Source of the DNA: Phycisphaerae bacterium
GTDB taxonomy: Bacteria; Planctomycetota; Phycisphaerae; UBA1845; Fen-1342
DNA length: 64,000 nucleotides
Direction: 5' to 3'
Assembly: GCA_963666925.2 (NCBI GenBank)
Contig: CAXXTC010000007.1
Location: 128,001 to 192,000, forward strand
Shown here: piece after piece, positions 39,468-50,947 of the stretch
How the letters are laid out: every line of letters begins with the position of its first letter
Numbering within the stretch: the stretch's first letter is position 1
The notes under the pieces: model-generated
The model's database searches: none
The model's input: the letters and a program-made list of their open reading frames with translations, nothing else
What the model was told of the DNA's origin: nothing
Made by a program: the position numbers and the translations under genes

Positions 39468-39941
39468 GTGGTGAAGCGGCGTGGCTGGTTCTTCGTGTGG
39501 CTGCTGCCACTGTTGTGGATGGTCACGAGTGTGCTGTCCTTCCAGTGGCCGGGGGATGAGTACGGGTTGTGGAGCTTCGGCTCGTTGGCGGGGTTGTGGA
39601 TCGTCTACCTGATAGGCAACATCGGCAACACGGCGAGGATCGCCATCTTCGTGATAATTGCAGGGTCTGTCAGCATGGTCCCCCTGGGGCTGCTGCTCGA
39701 CATGCTGCGAGTGCGGCGGCGGCTGTGGCTGTTGCTATACCTGCTGTTCGCCGCGGGAATATGTGTCACGGCGCTGGCCTCCTTTCCATCATTGAGCAAA
39801 GCGATCAGCAAGAACGGTTCGATCACGGCGTATGTGCTCTTCTCTTTGAACATGGGGATGTACGCCGCCATAATCGTGATGGTGCTAATTTCGGCCGTGG
39901 GACGGCTGGTCAAACGCGGGCAGCCGCCCGGGGGGAATTAG
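39468..39941 (+). CDS. Hypothetical membrane protein
   Basis: AGGAG RBS; 4-5 hydrophobic segments. Confidence 0.65.
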   Translation: MVKRRGWFFVWLLPLLWMVTSVLSFQWPGDEYGLWSFGSLAGLWIVYLIGNIGNTARIAIFVIIAGSVSMVPLGLLLDMLRVRRRLWLLLYLLFAAGICVTALASFPSLSKAISKNGSITAYVLFSLNMGMYAAIIVMVLISAVGRLVKRGQPPGGN

Positions 39942-40061
39942 GAGGGGGCGGGAGCGATCGCTCACATCTTGCGGCTCGGTCGGTAGTGTTCGGGCGGAGC
40001 AGGCTGCATGTACTTCGTACATCATTATTCCGGATGAAAGCTGAGCCTGTCTCATAGTTGT

Positions 40062-40117
40062 GGCATTGGGGTTCGTCGCCGGCGCGACTCACCGGTTAAA
40101 AACCGGTGCCACAAGGG
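40062..40117. repeat. REP-like unit (family B), reverse copy of about 20057-20111
   Basis: GGCATTGGGGTTCGTCGCCGGCGCGACTCACCGGTTAAAAACCGGTGCCACAAGGG. Confidence 0.8.
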
Positions 40118-40207
40118 TTTGCAGGCTGGTGCTACAGCGACGGGAGCGGTGTCGGGGCGAGCCTCATAGGTAGGGCGTCGGCCATGGTGGACGGCGCATA
40201 GCAGGCG

Positions 40208-40741
40208 CTACCAGGGGTCTTCGTCGTTGTCGCCGGTTTGGCGGGGGCGGTTGTCCGTTGGGGAGGGCTGCTCGGTGGCGTGGCGGCGGGCACAGAATGG
40301 GCAGGTGGGGGGCTGGCCGGGCCGGGTGGCGAACCAGTGGCCACATGTCGGGCAACGCTCTGCGCGGTAGCCGGTTTCCTGGCCGCACTCGGGGCATTTG
40401 ACCGGCCAATCGTGGAAATTCATGGGTCTTTTGACGGTGAAATGTTCCATGCAGTCGGGGTTTGTGCAGGCTACGTAGAGGGTGGCGTAGGAAGTGGCCT
40501 GCTCTGAGAAAGTGCCGGTGCTGGCGGGTTGGAGTGCCCCGACGATGCGGGTCAGGGCCAGGATCAGGAGGATGACGAGGGCGAGGATGCTGCCGATGCG
40601 GATGGGGGTGGCCTGGAAGATTGCCCAGGGGTTTTCGCTCAGTTCTTGCCGCCAATCGCGGAAATTTTGCGGTAGATGTTCCAGCCCTTCGCGTAGGCGG
40701 TGGGGCAGGCCGGTGACTGCGGAATGCCATTTGCGCTTCAT
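40208..40741 (-). CDS. Single-TM protein with double zinc-ribbon-like Cys motifs
   Basis: TM then CTNPDC, CPEC, CPTC, CPFC. Confidence 0.65.
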   Translation of the reverse strand: MKRKWHSAVTGLPHRLREGLEHLPQNFRDWRQELSENPWAIFQATPIRIGSILALVILLILALTRIVGALQPASTGTFSEQATSYATLYVACTNPDCMEHFTVKRPMNFHDWPVKCPECGQETGYRAERCPTCGHWFATRPGQPPTCPFCARRHATEQPSPTDNRPRQTGDNDEDPW

Positions 40742-40837
40742 TGTGGGCTCCGGATGGCCGATAACCCAGGCTGGCCGGAGAGGCCTGAGGGTCCTATCAG
40801 ATTATCGTCAGGGGGCGGTGGAGGGCAATTTTTGGTT

Positions 40838-40865
40838 TTGACAAGCTGGTGAGGGGGTTTAGAAT
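40838..40865 (+). promoter_or_regulatory. Sigma70-type promoter of the tRNA-Thr/tuf operon
   Basis: TTGACA-16 nt-TAGAAT. Confidence 0.75.
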
Positions 40866-40938
40866 GCTCAATCCGGCGCACTCGGCCGGCCCATAGGCGT
40901 CGCACGTCGACCCCATGTCAGATGGTTATCGACGTTGT

Positions 40939-41010
40939 GCTGCTGTAGCTCAGTGGTAGAGCGCCTCCTTGGTAAGGAGGAGGTCATGGGTTCAACCCCC
41001 ATCAGCAGCT
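40939..41010 (+). tRNA. tRNA-Thr(GGT)
   Basis: Cloverleaf with GCTGCTG/CAGCAGC acceptor, CTCCT-TGGTAAG-GAGG anticodon region, GGTTCAACCC T arm. Confidence 0.95.
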
Positions 41011-41139
41011 TTTCCACGCTACGGGTCGGATTTGTGGCCGGGCGCATAGTAATAGAGAACAAGTGAAATTTGAGAGACGTTGGCCGCCCGTGGGCGGACC
41101 CGGGGCCGTCCCGTTCCGGGTGACGAGTGGAGAGCATCT

Positions 41140-42372
<1,233 letters not shown>

Positions 42373-42489
42373 CGTCGCTCAGTGGCGTTACCGATGCGAT
42401 ATTAGTAAGGCAGATATGCGGCGGGCGATCGGGACGAATCCCGGTCGCCCCGGTATTCCCGCCGAAATGGGCCGCGGGAGTGAGTTGGT

Positions 42490-42657
42490 ATGGCAAAAGC
42501 GCAGAAACGCGAGTGGGTCTGGCTCCAGTGCACGGAGACGGGCGACCTGAACTACCGCACAGTTGTGAATGTTCAGGGAGGTGTACCGAAGTTGCAGCTG
42601 AAGAAGTACTCTCCGCGTCTGCGTCGGCGGACGGTGCACAAACTGAAGCGTAAATAG
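42490..42657 (+). CDS. rpmG: 50S ribosomal protein L33
   Basis: Manual translation MAKAQKREWVWLQCTETGDLNYRT...LKKYSPRLRRRTVHKLKRK; canonical position. Confidence 0.93.
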   Translation: MAKAQKREWVWLQCTETGDLNYRTVVNVQGGVPKLQLKKYSPRLRRRTVHKLKRK

Positions 42658-42665
42658 GCTTTTCA

Positions 42666-42739
42666 AGGAGCGTAGCTCAATTTGGTAGAGCACCGGTTTC
42701 CAAAACCGGCGGTTGGGGGTTCGAGTCCCTCCGCTCCTG
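42666..42739 (+). tRNA. tRNA-Trp(CCA)
   Basis: AGGAGCG/CGCTCCT acceptor, CCGGT-TTCCAAA-ACCGG anticodon arm, GGTTCGAGTCC. Confidence 0.96.
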
Positions 42740-42802
42740 GTGCTGATTGGGCTGCTTCGTGCGGAGCGGCTGAGACAACGACTCAGGCAAGCGTGGCGAG
42801 CA

Positions 42803-43297
42803 ATGGCAGATAGCGAAGGCAAAATCGGAACGATGAGTGGTGCGGGCGGTCGGCAATCGTCGCCGCTTCGCATCCGGAAGCCTGGACAGGGAGTGTATGT
42901 GCGCTGGGCGACGGCTGGTGCCGCCGGCCTGTTCGCGATTGCGGGCACAGCGTTCCTGCGGGAGCAGATCCAGATTTTCGCGTTTGCCGAAAATCCGTAC
43001 GTGCGTGATCTGGTTCCGGTGGCGTTTCTGCTGATCCTGCTCTATGTAATTTATCTGGTGCTGGGTCGAAACGAGACCGTCATCGATTTTCTGATCGCTA
43101 CCGAAGGCGAGATGAAGAAGGTGAACTGGTCTTCGCGGCGTGAGGTGTGGGGAGCCACGCGCGTGGTGATTGTCTCGGTGCTGGCGCTGGCTTTTGTGCT
43201 GTTCGCAGTCGACATTATTTTCATGGTTGTATTTAGCGGCATTGGCGTTTTGCGCTTGAACGTGGTCGAGAAATTCTTCGGCAGTGGAACCACATGA
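42803..43297 (+). CDS. secE: Preprotein translocase subunit SecE (3-TM type)
   Basis: KPGQG, FLIATEGEMKKVNWSSR. Confidence 0.93.
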   Translation: MADSEGKIGTMSGAGGRQSSPLRIRKPGQGVYVRWATAGAAGLFAIAGTAFLREQIQIFAFAENPYVRDLVPVAFLLILLYVIYLVLGRNETVIDFLIATEGEMKKVNWSSRREVWGATRVVIVSVLALAFVLFAVDIIFMVVFSGIGVLRLNVVEKFFGSGTT

Positions 43298-44076
43298 TGC
43301 CTTCCGAAGAAACGGAACGCCCGGAACAGCAGATTTCAGAACCCGCAGCCCCGGCTGAGCCGGAGCTGGTTGACGAGCAGGCGGAGGCCGCTCCGGACAC
43401 GGAGGGGGTCTCGGTCGAGCCGGTCGACAGTGGCGATAGCGCGGTGGAGTCCGCGCCTGCGGAGGTGGCTGAGTCGGCCGCACCGGAGGAGTCGGCCGCG
43501 CCTGAGCCGCCGGCCCTGGTCAAGCCCGGCATGCACTGGTATGTGCTGCGTGTGGCGTCGAACAAGGAAGACCAGGTTCGCGAGGCGCTCGATCGCAAGA
43601 TCAAGATCGAGCAGCTTGAAGATTGTGTTGGGCGCGTGCTGGTTCCGACGCAGCGTGAGAAGCGCATGCGTGGCGGGAACGCGCGTGTCTATCACCGCAA
43701 GCTTTATCCGGGCTACGTATTCGTCGAGATGGCCACCGATGATGATGGCCGGATTCCTGAGAACGTCTGGTTCGTGATCAAGGAAACGACGGGCGTCGGC
43801 GATTTCATCGGATCGGGCGGGAAGCCTTCGCCGATGCCGATGACTGACGTTGAGCGGATGCTGGCGGCGTCGGTTCGTCCGGACGAGTCGCCGGCGCTGG
43901 CGAACCTGGGCTTCAAGCCGGGTGACCGCGTGAAGGTTACGGAAGGCCCGTTCGAGAATTTCGAGGGTGCGGTCGACGAGATCAACACGCAGAAGGGGAC
44001 GGTGCGGGTGATCGTTTCGATTTTCGGTCGGCCGACGCCGATCGAGATCGAGTACTGGCAACTCGAAGTTCTGTGA
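43294..44076 (+). CDS. nusG: Transcription factor NusG with acidic N-terminal extension
   Basis: WYVLRVASNKE, LYPGYVFVEM, GPFENFEG, IFGRPTP. Confidence 0.97.
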   Translation: MMPSEETERPEQQISEPAAPAEPELVDEQAEAAPDTEGVSVEPVDSGDSAVESAPAEVAESAAPEESAAPEPPALVKPGMHWYVLRVASNKEDQVREALDRKIKIEQLEDCVGRVLVPTQREKRMRGGNARVYHRKLYPGYVFVEMATDDDGRIPENVWFVIKETTGVGDFIGSGGKPSPMPMTDVERMLAASVRPDESPALANLGFKPGDRVKVTEGPFENFEGAVDEINTQKGTVRVIVSIFGRPTPIEIEYWQLEVL

Positions 44077-44239
44077 GTTGTGGGGCGGTTGGCTGCTTGA
44101 GATGGCTAGAAAAGGGGGCTGGCAGGCTGGATTTTGTGTCGGCATGCCGTTAGACTGGCGAATCTTTCCGCCTCGTGGCCGGTACGGCCGGGCGGATCGT
44201 GATATTTAGACACGTGGGCGTTAGCCACAGGGTACGGAA

Positions 44240-44689
44240 ATGGCCAAGGCCGTTGTAGCGAAGATCAAGTTGCAGGCACCAGGTGGGCAGGCGACGCCTG
44301 CGCCGCCGGTGGGTCCTGCGCTGGGTCAGCATGGTGTGAACATTGGGCAGTTCGTGTCTCAGTTCAACGAGCGCACGAAGCAGATGGACGGGATGACCTG
44401 CCCGGTCGAGATCACCGTTTTCAAAGACAAGAGTTTCGAGTTTGTGGTCAAGAGTCCGCCGGCGGCGGTGCTTTTGGTCAAGGCGGCCAAGCCGCTGGAC
44501 GAATCTCTGGCGATCGTCGAGAAGGGGGCGGGCGAGCCGAACCGGATGAAGGTTGGCCGCGTGACGATGGACGATGTCCGGAAGATTGCCGAAACGAAGA
44601 TGAACGACCTGAACGCGTTTGACATGGATGGGGCCTGCAAGGTCATTGCGGGCACCGCGCGTTCGATGGGTATAGAGGTGATGGACTAG
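44240..44689 (+). CDS. rplK: 50S ribosomal protein L11
   Basis: [24 protein letters not shown]. Confidence 0.98.
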   Translation: MAKAVVAKIKLQAPGGQATPAPPVGPALGQHGVNIGQFVSQFNERTKQMDGMTCPVEITVFKDKSFEFVVKSPPAAVLLVKAAKPLDESLAIVEKGAGEPNRMKVGRVTMDDVRKIAETKMNDLNAFDMDGACKVIAGTARSMGIEVMD

Positions 44690-44725
44690 CGTCGGCCGCG
44701 GATTGGTCGGCGTTTCGTGCGGCGT

Positions 44726-44763
44726 GTGGTTTCGCGCCGCGGACAACACAGAGGCCTGACCAC
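44726..44763 (+). promoter_or_regulatory. Possible L1-binding autoregulatory hairpin between rplK and rplA
   Basis: GTGGT...GCC...GGC...ACCAC stem with internal loop; positional inference only. Confidence 0.3.
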
Positions 44764-44791
44764 GGGCCGACAGCAGTGGGAGCTGTGTGCG

Positions 44792-45490
44792 ATGCGAACT
44801 CGCAGCAAGCGTTACAAGAAAGAGGCCGATCAGGTCTCGCGTGGGCCGGTTGTCCTGGATGAAGGGATCAAGCGGCTCAAAGAGTTTAACCACACCAAGT
44901 TTGATCAGACCGTTGATCTGGTTCTGCATCTGGGCATTGATGCCCGGCAGGCGGACCAGATGGTGCGCGGTTCGATAAGCCTGCCCAAGGGTATCGGCAA
45001 GAGCAAGCGTGTCATTGCGTTTTGCCCGGAGACCGAGATCGAGGCGGCCAAGGGGGCCGGCGCGATCGAGGCCGGCGCGGACGAGCTGGTTGAGAAGATC
45101 CAGGGTGGCTGGATGGACTTTGACGTGGCCATCGCCCACCCGTCGCTGATGGGCAAGGTCGGGCGGCTGGGTCGCGTGCTCGGCCCGCAGGGCAAGATGC
45201 CGTCGCCGAAGAGCGGCACGGTGACGCCTGACATCGCCGGCGCGGTTAAGGAGTATGGTGCTGGTAAGGTTGAGTTCCGGAACGACAAGGGTGGCAACAT
45301 TCACGCGGTGGTCGGCAAGCTGAGTTTCAGCCTGGAAGACCTGCGGGACAATATCGTGGCATTCGTGGACCACATTCGTCGCGCCAAGCCGGCGGCGGCG
45401 AAGGGGCAGTTTATCCGCAAGGTCTGTCTCAGCGGCACGATGACGCCGTCCGTACAGATCCAGACGTCAGTAACCGGCGCACTGGAGTAA
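44792..45490 (+). CDS. rplA: 50S ribosomal protein L1
   Basis: KFDQTV, LGRVLGPQGKMPSPKSGTVT, FRNDKGG. Confidence 0.98.
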   Translation: MRTRSKRYKKEADQVSRGPVVLDEGIKRLKEFNHTKFDQTVDLVLHLGIDARQADQMVRGSISLPKGIGKSKRVIAFCPETEIEAAKGAGAIEAGADELVEKIQGGWMDFDVAIAHPSLMGKVGRLGRVLGPQGKMPSPKSGTVTPDIAGAVKEYGAGKVEFRNDKGGNIHAVVGKLSFSLEDLRDNIVAFVDHIRRAKPAAAKGQFIRKVCLSGTMTPSVQIQTSVTGALE

Positions 45491-45495
45491 AACCG

Positions 45496-46050
45496 ATGAG
45501 CAAGCTGGTAAAAGAACTGATTACCAAGGAACTGGCGTCTCGGTATGGCGACGTGAACAACGCCGTCTGGGTCGAGATGGTTGGCATCGACGGGATTATC
45601 ACGAACCAGTTTCGGCGTGGCCTGCGCGAGGCCGAAATGCGGCTGGAGGTCGTGAAGAATTCGCTGTTCCGCCAGGCGGTCGGCGACGGTCCGTTGGGGC
45701 GGCTGGCCGAGGCGCTCGAGGGGCCGGCAGCACTGATCACCGGCGGCGAGTCGGCGGTCGACGTGGCCAAGCTGCTCGAAGAGTGGATGCCGAAATTCCC
45801 CAAGAAGACGACATTCCGCATGCGTGCGGCCGTCCTCGAGGGCGAGTTCCTTGACGAAGAGGCTGTCAAAGACCTGGCCAAGATGCCGAGCAAGACCGAT
45901 TTGCAGGCGCGCATCGTGGGCATTGCTCTGAGCCCGGGTGGCAACGTGGTGTCGGCCGTGCTTTCGGGCGGCTCCAACATTGCCGGGTGCGTCAAGGCTC
46001 TGATCGAGAAGCTCGAGAATGGCGAGGAAGTTCAGAAACAGTCGGCGTAG
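45496..46050 (+). CDS. rplJ: 50S ribosomal protein L10
   Basis: VVKNSL, LEGPAAL, LAKMPSK; position. Confidence 0.95.
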   Translation: MSKLVKELITKELASRYGDVNNAVWVEMVGIDGIITNQFRRGLREAEMRLEVVKNSLFRQAVGDGPLGRLAEALEGPAALITGGESAVDVAKLLEEWMPKFPKKTTFRMRAAVLEGEFLDEEAVKDLAKMPSKTDLQARIVGIALSPGGNVVSAVLSGGSNIAGCVKALIEKLENGEEVQKQSA

Positions 46051-46209
46051 TCAGCGTCGCTGGAAATAGATTGGTCGGTTTTGGGCCGGCTGGTACGAGA
46101 TTGGAATCGAACGAGGTGTGCCTGACTGCTCCGCGAAGCGGATTAAACGGAACCAGCGGGGTTTCGGCTATCAGGGCACTCGCGGACGTTTTTTGAGGAG
46201 TTGTGAGCC

Positions 46210-46629
46210 ATGGCGGAAGCACCTGCCGAAACCAAGGAATTCGATGCCGCTATCAAAGAGATCGGCGACAAGATTGCTGGTCTGACGTTGGTCCAGGCGA
46301 AGGACCTGGCGGACTACATGAAGGAAGCTTACGGGATTGAGCCGGCGGCTGGCGGTGGCGCGATCATGATGGCGCCGGCGGCCGGTGGTGGTGCCGCAGC
46401 CGAGGCGGAAGAGCAGACCGAGTTCAACGTGATCATCAAGGCGGCCGGCGACAAGAAGCTGGCGGTGATCAAGGTTGTCCGGGCGGCCCGCGGCGACCTG
46501 GGTCTGAAGGAAGCCAAGGCGCTGGTGGACGAGGCGCCCAAGCCGCTGCTCGAGGCCGTTCCGAAGGAAGAGGCCGAGAAGTGGCAGAAGGAGCTCGAGG
46601 CGGCCGGCGCGACCGTTTCGGTCGAATAG
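46210..46629 (+). CDS. rplL: 50S ribosomal protein L7/L12
   Basis: [27 protein letters not shown]. Confidence 0.98.
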   Translation: MAEAPAETKEFDAAIKEIGDKIAGLTLVQAKDLADYMKEAYGIEPAAGGGAIMMAPAAGGGAAAEAEEQTEFNVIIKAAGDKKLAVIKVVRAARGDLGLKEAKALVDEAPKPLLEAVPKEEAEKWQKELEAAGATVSVE

Positions 46630-46666
46630 GCAGGCAGAGCCCAGCTCCAGTCCAGAGAACATCATG

Positions 46667-46700
46667 CAAACGGGTCCGGGCGTGGTCTCGGGCCCGTTTG
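46667..46700 (+). terminator. Terminator-like hairpin after rplL
   Basis: CAAACGGGTCCGGG/CTCGGGCCCGTTTG 14-bp stem including G.U pairs. Confidence 0.6.
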
Positions 46701-46895
46701 TGTGCGCCTGGGGCGGCCGGTGGCGCGAGCCGTCTGCCTGATGTTTCCTCCAGGCCGACAATTCCGTACAAACCGGGGATAACATCTCGGGATCTGAATC
46801 GAATACCCTTGAGCCGGGCCCGCCGCGTGTTGGGGCGTACGGGCGTGTTAGCCGGCGTGTGGCTTTTTCTGACGGGGCTGGTTGGGAGGAATGGC

Positions 46896-47906
46896 ATGAA
46901 TCGCTTCAGCATGGTGTTGGGGCTGGTCGTTGTGTCGGTCGGGTTGTGGGGATGTGACGCGGCTCGGCTCGGGGCCGGGAGTTTCAAGGCGACCGCGGCT
47001 GTTCAGCTTTCGTCGCCCTGGGAAGGTTACGACCGCATCGAAATCCGCTCGCGCAACGGCGGGGTCGAGTTGCTTCGCGCCGACGTCGCGGAAGTGGAGG
47101 TCAGCGGCGAGCGTTACGTGCGTGGGCGGACCCAGGCTGAGGCGGACGCGAACCTGGACAAGATTGAGGTCTATGCGGGCCGGCACGCGACCGAGTCTGG
47201 CGCGTTGCTGGTTGAGCTGCGTTTCCCCGACGAATTGAAACGCCAGAGTCCGGGGGCGAGCCTGACGGTGCGGGTGCCCGAGTCGTGCCCTGCCAATGTC
47301 CGGACCAGCAACGGCAAGCTGAGCGTCAGGTCCATGAGCGACATTGTTACCCTAAGGACCAGCAATGGTGCAATCACGATCGGCGATGTTGCGGGTAAGG
47401 TCCAGGCATATACCTCTAATGGGAAAGTGACCGCCGAGAACGTGGACGGTGAGCTGTCAATCGAGACCAGCAATGGTCCGGTGCAGGTGGAGCGGATCGT
47501 CGGCCCGGTGCAGGTCGAATCGAGCAACGGCGGGGTGCACCTGGCCGGCGTGCAGGGGGCGGTCGTGGCGCGCACCAGCAATGCGCGCATCGAAGCTCAC
47601 GATGTGCAGGGTGCCTGTCGGCTGGATACGAGCAACGGAAGGATCGTGGCCGAGCTGAATCCGGCCGCCGGCGACGAGGTGGACGTGGATACCTCGAACG
47701 GCTCAATCGAGCTGAAGCTGCCGGTCGGTCAGGCGGCCAATCTCGACCTGGAAACCAGCAACGGCAAAGTTGTGGTGGATCTTCCGGACGGTCAGCTGAG
47801 CGATGTGCGAAGCGGCAAGCGGGAGTTTCACGCCCGGCTCAACGGCGGCGGCAGCCTCTGGCACGCATCGACGTCGAACGGCTCGATCCGGGTTAAGGCC
47901 CAGTAA
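46896..47906 (+). CDS. DUF4097-like beta-solenoid lipoprotein
   Basis: GGAGG RBS; LWGC lipobox; about 10 T/S-S-N-G repeats. Confidence 0.85.
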   Translation: MNRFSMVLGLVVVSVGLWGCDAARLGAGSFKATAAVQLSSPWEGYDRIEIRSRNGGVELLRADVAEVEVSGERYVRGRTQAEADANLDKIEVYAGRHATESGALLVELRFPDELKRQSPGASLTVRVPESCPANVRTSNGKLSVRSMSDIVTLRTSNGAITIGDVAGKVQAYTSNGKVTAENVDGELSIETSNGPVQVERIVGPVQVESSNGGVHLAGVQGAVVARTSNARIEAHDVQGACRLDTSNGRIVAELNPAAGDEVDVDTSNGSIELKLPVGQAANLDLETSNGKVVVDLPDGQLSDVRSGKREFHARLNGGGSLWHASTSNGSIRVKAQ

Positions 47907-47915
47907 GCCGGGCGG

Positions 47916-49409
47916 CTATCTCCGTCGGCGGGAAGTGCGGAAGCGGCTGCCCAGGGTTCGTCGGACTGGGCGTAGCCCCAGCGCTTCAAGCTGCGGGTCA
48001 CGCACCCGCGCCTCCTGGTAGCGGTTGGTGACGGCGGACTCGTCTTCCTGCTCCGGGTCGCTGGCGGCGGCCTCGGCGGCTATCTCCTCTTGCGTCGGTA
48101 GCCGCTTTACCAGCCACGGCGGGTCGAACTTCGGCAGCTCCTTGTTGATCAGCTTTTCGATCTCCGTCAAAAACCGGCCTTCTTCCGGCGTCACGAACGT
48201 GACCGCATAGCCGGTCTTGCCCATGCGGGCCGTTCGGCCGATGCGGTGTACGTATGCCGCCGGATCTTCCGGGATATCGAAGTTGACGATGTGCGAGATG
48301 TCCATCACGTCCAGCCCGCGCGATGCCAGGTCGGTCGCGACGAGCACGCGGACGGTCTGCTTGCGAAAGCTGTTCAGCGCCCGCTCGCGGCGATGCTGCA
48401 TCAGGTCGCCGTGGATTTCCTTGCAGGCCACGCCCTCATCGCGGAGATGCTCGGCGATGTTGCGAGCTTTGCGCTTGCGGTTGGTGAAGACGATCGCGAG
48501 CGTGGGGGCCTCGTGTTTGAGGAGGCCGAGCAGCGTGGCCATTTTGTCTTCGCGATGCACGGACACGAAACCATGCTCGATGCTGTCGACGGTGAGCATG
48601 TCGTGGGAGACGTTGACCTCGGTCGGCTCGTGCATGAATGATCGGGCAAGTTTCTGGATCTCCTCGTCGATGGTTGCGGAGACGAAGATGGTTTGATGCT
48701 CGTCCTCGATGGCGCGGAGAATTCGGCGGATGTCGTCGCGGAAGCCGATATCGAGCATGCGATCGACTTCGTCGAGGACGGCGACGTCGACGTGGTTGAT
48801 TTTCAGTTCCCTGCGGCGCATCAGGTCGAGCACGCGGCCGGGGGTACCGATGGCGATCTCGGGGTTGGTGCGCAGCGTTCGAATCTGATCGCCCATTCGG
48901 CGGCCGCCGAGGATGACGACGGTTTTGATCGGCTTGGATCCGCGTAGCATGCGGACGTGCTCGTCGACCTGTGCGGCGAGTTCGCGTGTGGGTGCGAGGA
49001 GGATTGCCTGTAGTCCTTCTCCGGGTCTGATTCTGTTGAGTATGGGCAGTGCGAAGGCGGCGGTTTTGCCGGTGCCGGTGCGGGCCTGTCCGAGGCAGTC
49101 GCCGCCCTTGAGGGCGATCGGGATGAGCGCCTCCTGGATATCGGTGGGCTGCTCGAATCCGAGTTCGTCGAGCTGTTCGACGAGTTGTGTTTCGAGGCCG
49201 AGCGTTGCCCAGGGAGATGTTTTGGCCGAGGGTGACTTGGATGGTCTTCGCAGCTTTCCGGTGTTGCGCTGGGTGCGCTGCGCGGAAGCGTCGGACGGGT
49301 TGTCAGCGGCGGGTTGTTTGGATTTGGCGTGTGGGGTGTCGGAAGTGCGTCGGCGTTTTCTGCGCGAGCGTTTTTGGTGGGTTGGTTTTTCGGCGGGTAT
49401 GTCCGGCAC
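47916..49409 (-). CDS. DEAD/DEAH-box RNA helicase with basic N-terminal extension
   Basis: ARTGTGKT, PTRELA, GTPGR, DEVD, SAT, HRIGRTAR. Confidence 0.95.
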   Translation of the reverse strand: MPDIPAEKPTHQKRSRRKRRRTSDTPHAKSKQPAADNPSDASAQRTQRNTGKLRRPSKSPSAKTSPWATLGLETQLVEQLDELGFEQPTDIQEALIPIALKGGDCLGQARTGTGKTAAFALPILNRIRPGEGLQAILLAPTRELAAQVDEHVRMLRGSKPIKTVVILGGRRMGDQIRTLRTNPEIAIGTPGRVLDLMRRRELKINHVDVAVLDEVDRMLDIGFRDDIRRILRAIEDEHQTIFVSATIDEEIQKLARSFMHEPTEVNVSHDMLTVDSIEHGFVSVHREDKMATLLGLLKHEAPTLAIVFTNRKRKARNIAEHLRDEGVACKEIHGDLMQHRRERALNSFRKQTVRVLVATDLASRGLDVMDISHIVNFDIPEDPAAYVHRIGRTARMGKTGYAVTFVTPEEGRFLTEIEKLINKELPKFDPPWLVKRLPTQEEIAAEAAASDPEQEDESAVTNRYQEARVRDPQLEALGLRPVRRTLGSRFRTSRRRR

Positions 49410-49688
49410 AATGAGTGACCTTGTAGCAAAGGGGTGAGGGTCCGATAACAGCAAGACCCCATACATCTCGACTTACGCCACCATAATCTAGCTAAACTTT
49501 GTTGGATCACAAGGTTCCGAACCGGGTGTGCCACCGATATCCTCTGTGCCGGCCCGGCCGGCAAACGGCCCGGATGGCCACGATCGGGCCCCGTCGAGCC
49601 GCATCCCATGCCCCCTGGCGCGGTATAAGGGGGCAGCCCGCCGATGCCGGGCTCTGGTGTCCGTGTACGGTTCTGGTGACTCAAGGCA

Positions 49689-50893
49689 ATGCCAACTTTC
49701 TCATACAAAGCACGCAGCTCCACCGGTGAGCAGATCAGCGGGACGCTGACGGCCGACTCGTCCATGGCGGCCGCCCGCATGCTCGACGAGCGTTCGCTGT
49801 TGCCGATCGACGTTCAGGAGGTCCGCTCTGAGCAGCGTTCCATCTTCACGGGCAAGGCCGGCGTGTGCCGATCGCCAAGATCGGGCAGATGTATGAGCAG
49901 CTTGCGGACCTGCTGCGGGCCGGTGTGCCGATCCTGCGTTCGCTCGAGGTGTTGGCCCAGCAGTCGACCTCGCCGGCGCTGGCGCGGGTATTGAAGGATG
50001 TGCGTGACGACGTGGCCGGCGGCGATGCCCTGGCCGACGCCATGTTGCAACACCCGCACGCATTCCCCGAATTGCACGCGTCGATGGTGCGTGCCGGTGA
50101 GAAGGGTGGCTTTCTAGAAGACGTGCTCCATCGGCTGAGCGAGTTCGTCACCCGGCAGGACACGTTGAAGAACAAGTTCATCGGCGCCCTGATTTACCCA
50201 AGCGTGCTGCTGGTCGGGGCTATCGGAGCGGTTTCGTTCATCATGGCCTTCGTGGTGCCCAAGATCCGCACGGTTCTTCAGAACCAGGATCTGCCGCTGC
50301 TGAGCCGCATTGTGTTCAATCTCAGCGACACTCTGCGTGATCACGGTCTGGTGCTGCTTGGGAGCGTGGCCCTGGTCGTGATCGTGATCATCGCTTACTT
50401 TCAGAGCGCTGCCGGTCGGGCCATGTGGTCGCGCTTGCAACTACGCATCGTCGGCTTCGGCAAGATTTACACGATGATTGCGATTTGCCGGTTCTGCCGC
50501 GTGTTCGGTACGCTGCTCAACAACGGCATTCCGATCCTGCAATCGCTCAAGGTCGCGAAGGACTCGACCGGCAATAAGATTTTGTCCGACGCGATTGACG
50601 AGGCGGCCGAGAGTGTTCGGCACGGCGAGTCGCTGGCCGGACCGCTGTCGGAGGCCAAGGTTTTTCCGCCGGCGATTGTGGACATGATCGCGGTTGCAGA
50701 GGAAAGCAATACGCTCGACAAGGTTCTGGTCGAGATTGCGAATACACAGGAGGAGCGGACGGCTCGGCAGATCGATTTTGTGATGCGAATGCTCGAGCCG
50801 CTGCTGTTGATGTTCATGGGTGCGATGATCGCGTGTATCGCGATCGCCTTGCTGGTTCCGATCCTGCGGATGGCGGCCAGTGGCGTGAAATAG
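49689..50893 (+). CDS. gspF: GspF platform protein; apparent frameshift near 49860
   Basis: MPTFSYKAR N-terminus then LADLLRAGVP, AGEKGG, YPSVL, LEPLLL. Confidence 0.9.
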
Positions 50894-50947
50894 CTAATGG
50901 AGATACCGGCCCAGATGAAAGTGCAAGTGAAAGCGGAGATGACTGTG

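Noticed and set aside
42691..42710. Similarity of the REP family B core to the tRNA-Trp anticodon arm
   Set aside because: Short palindromic match (CACCGGTTT...AACCGG) that is plausible by chance; no other tRNA features in the REP
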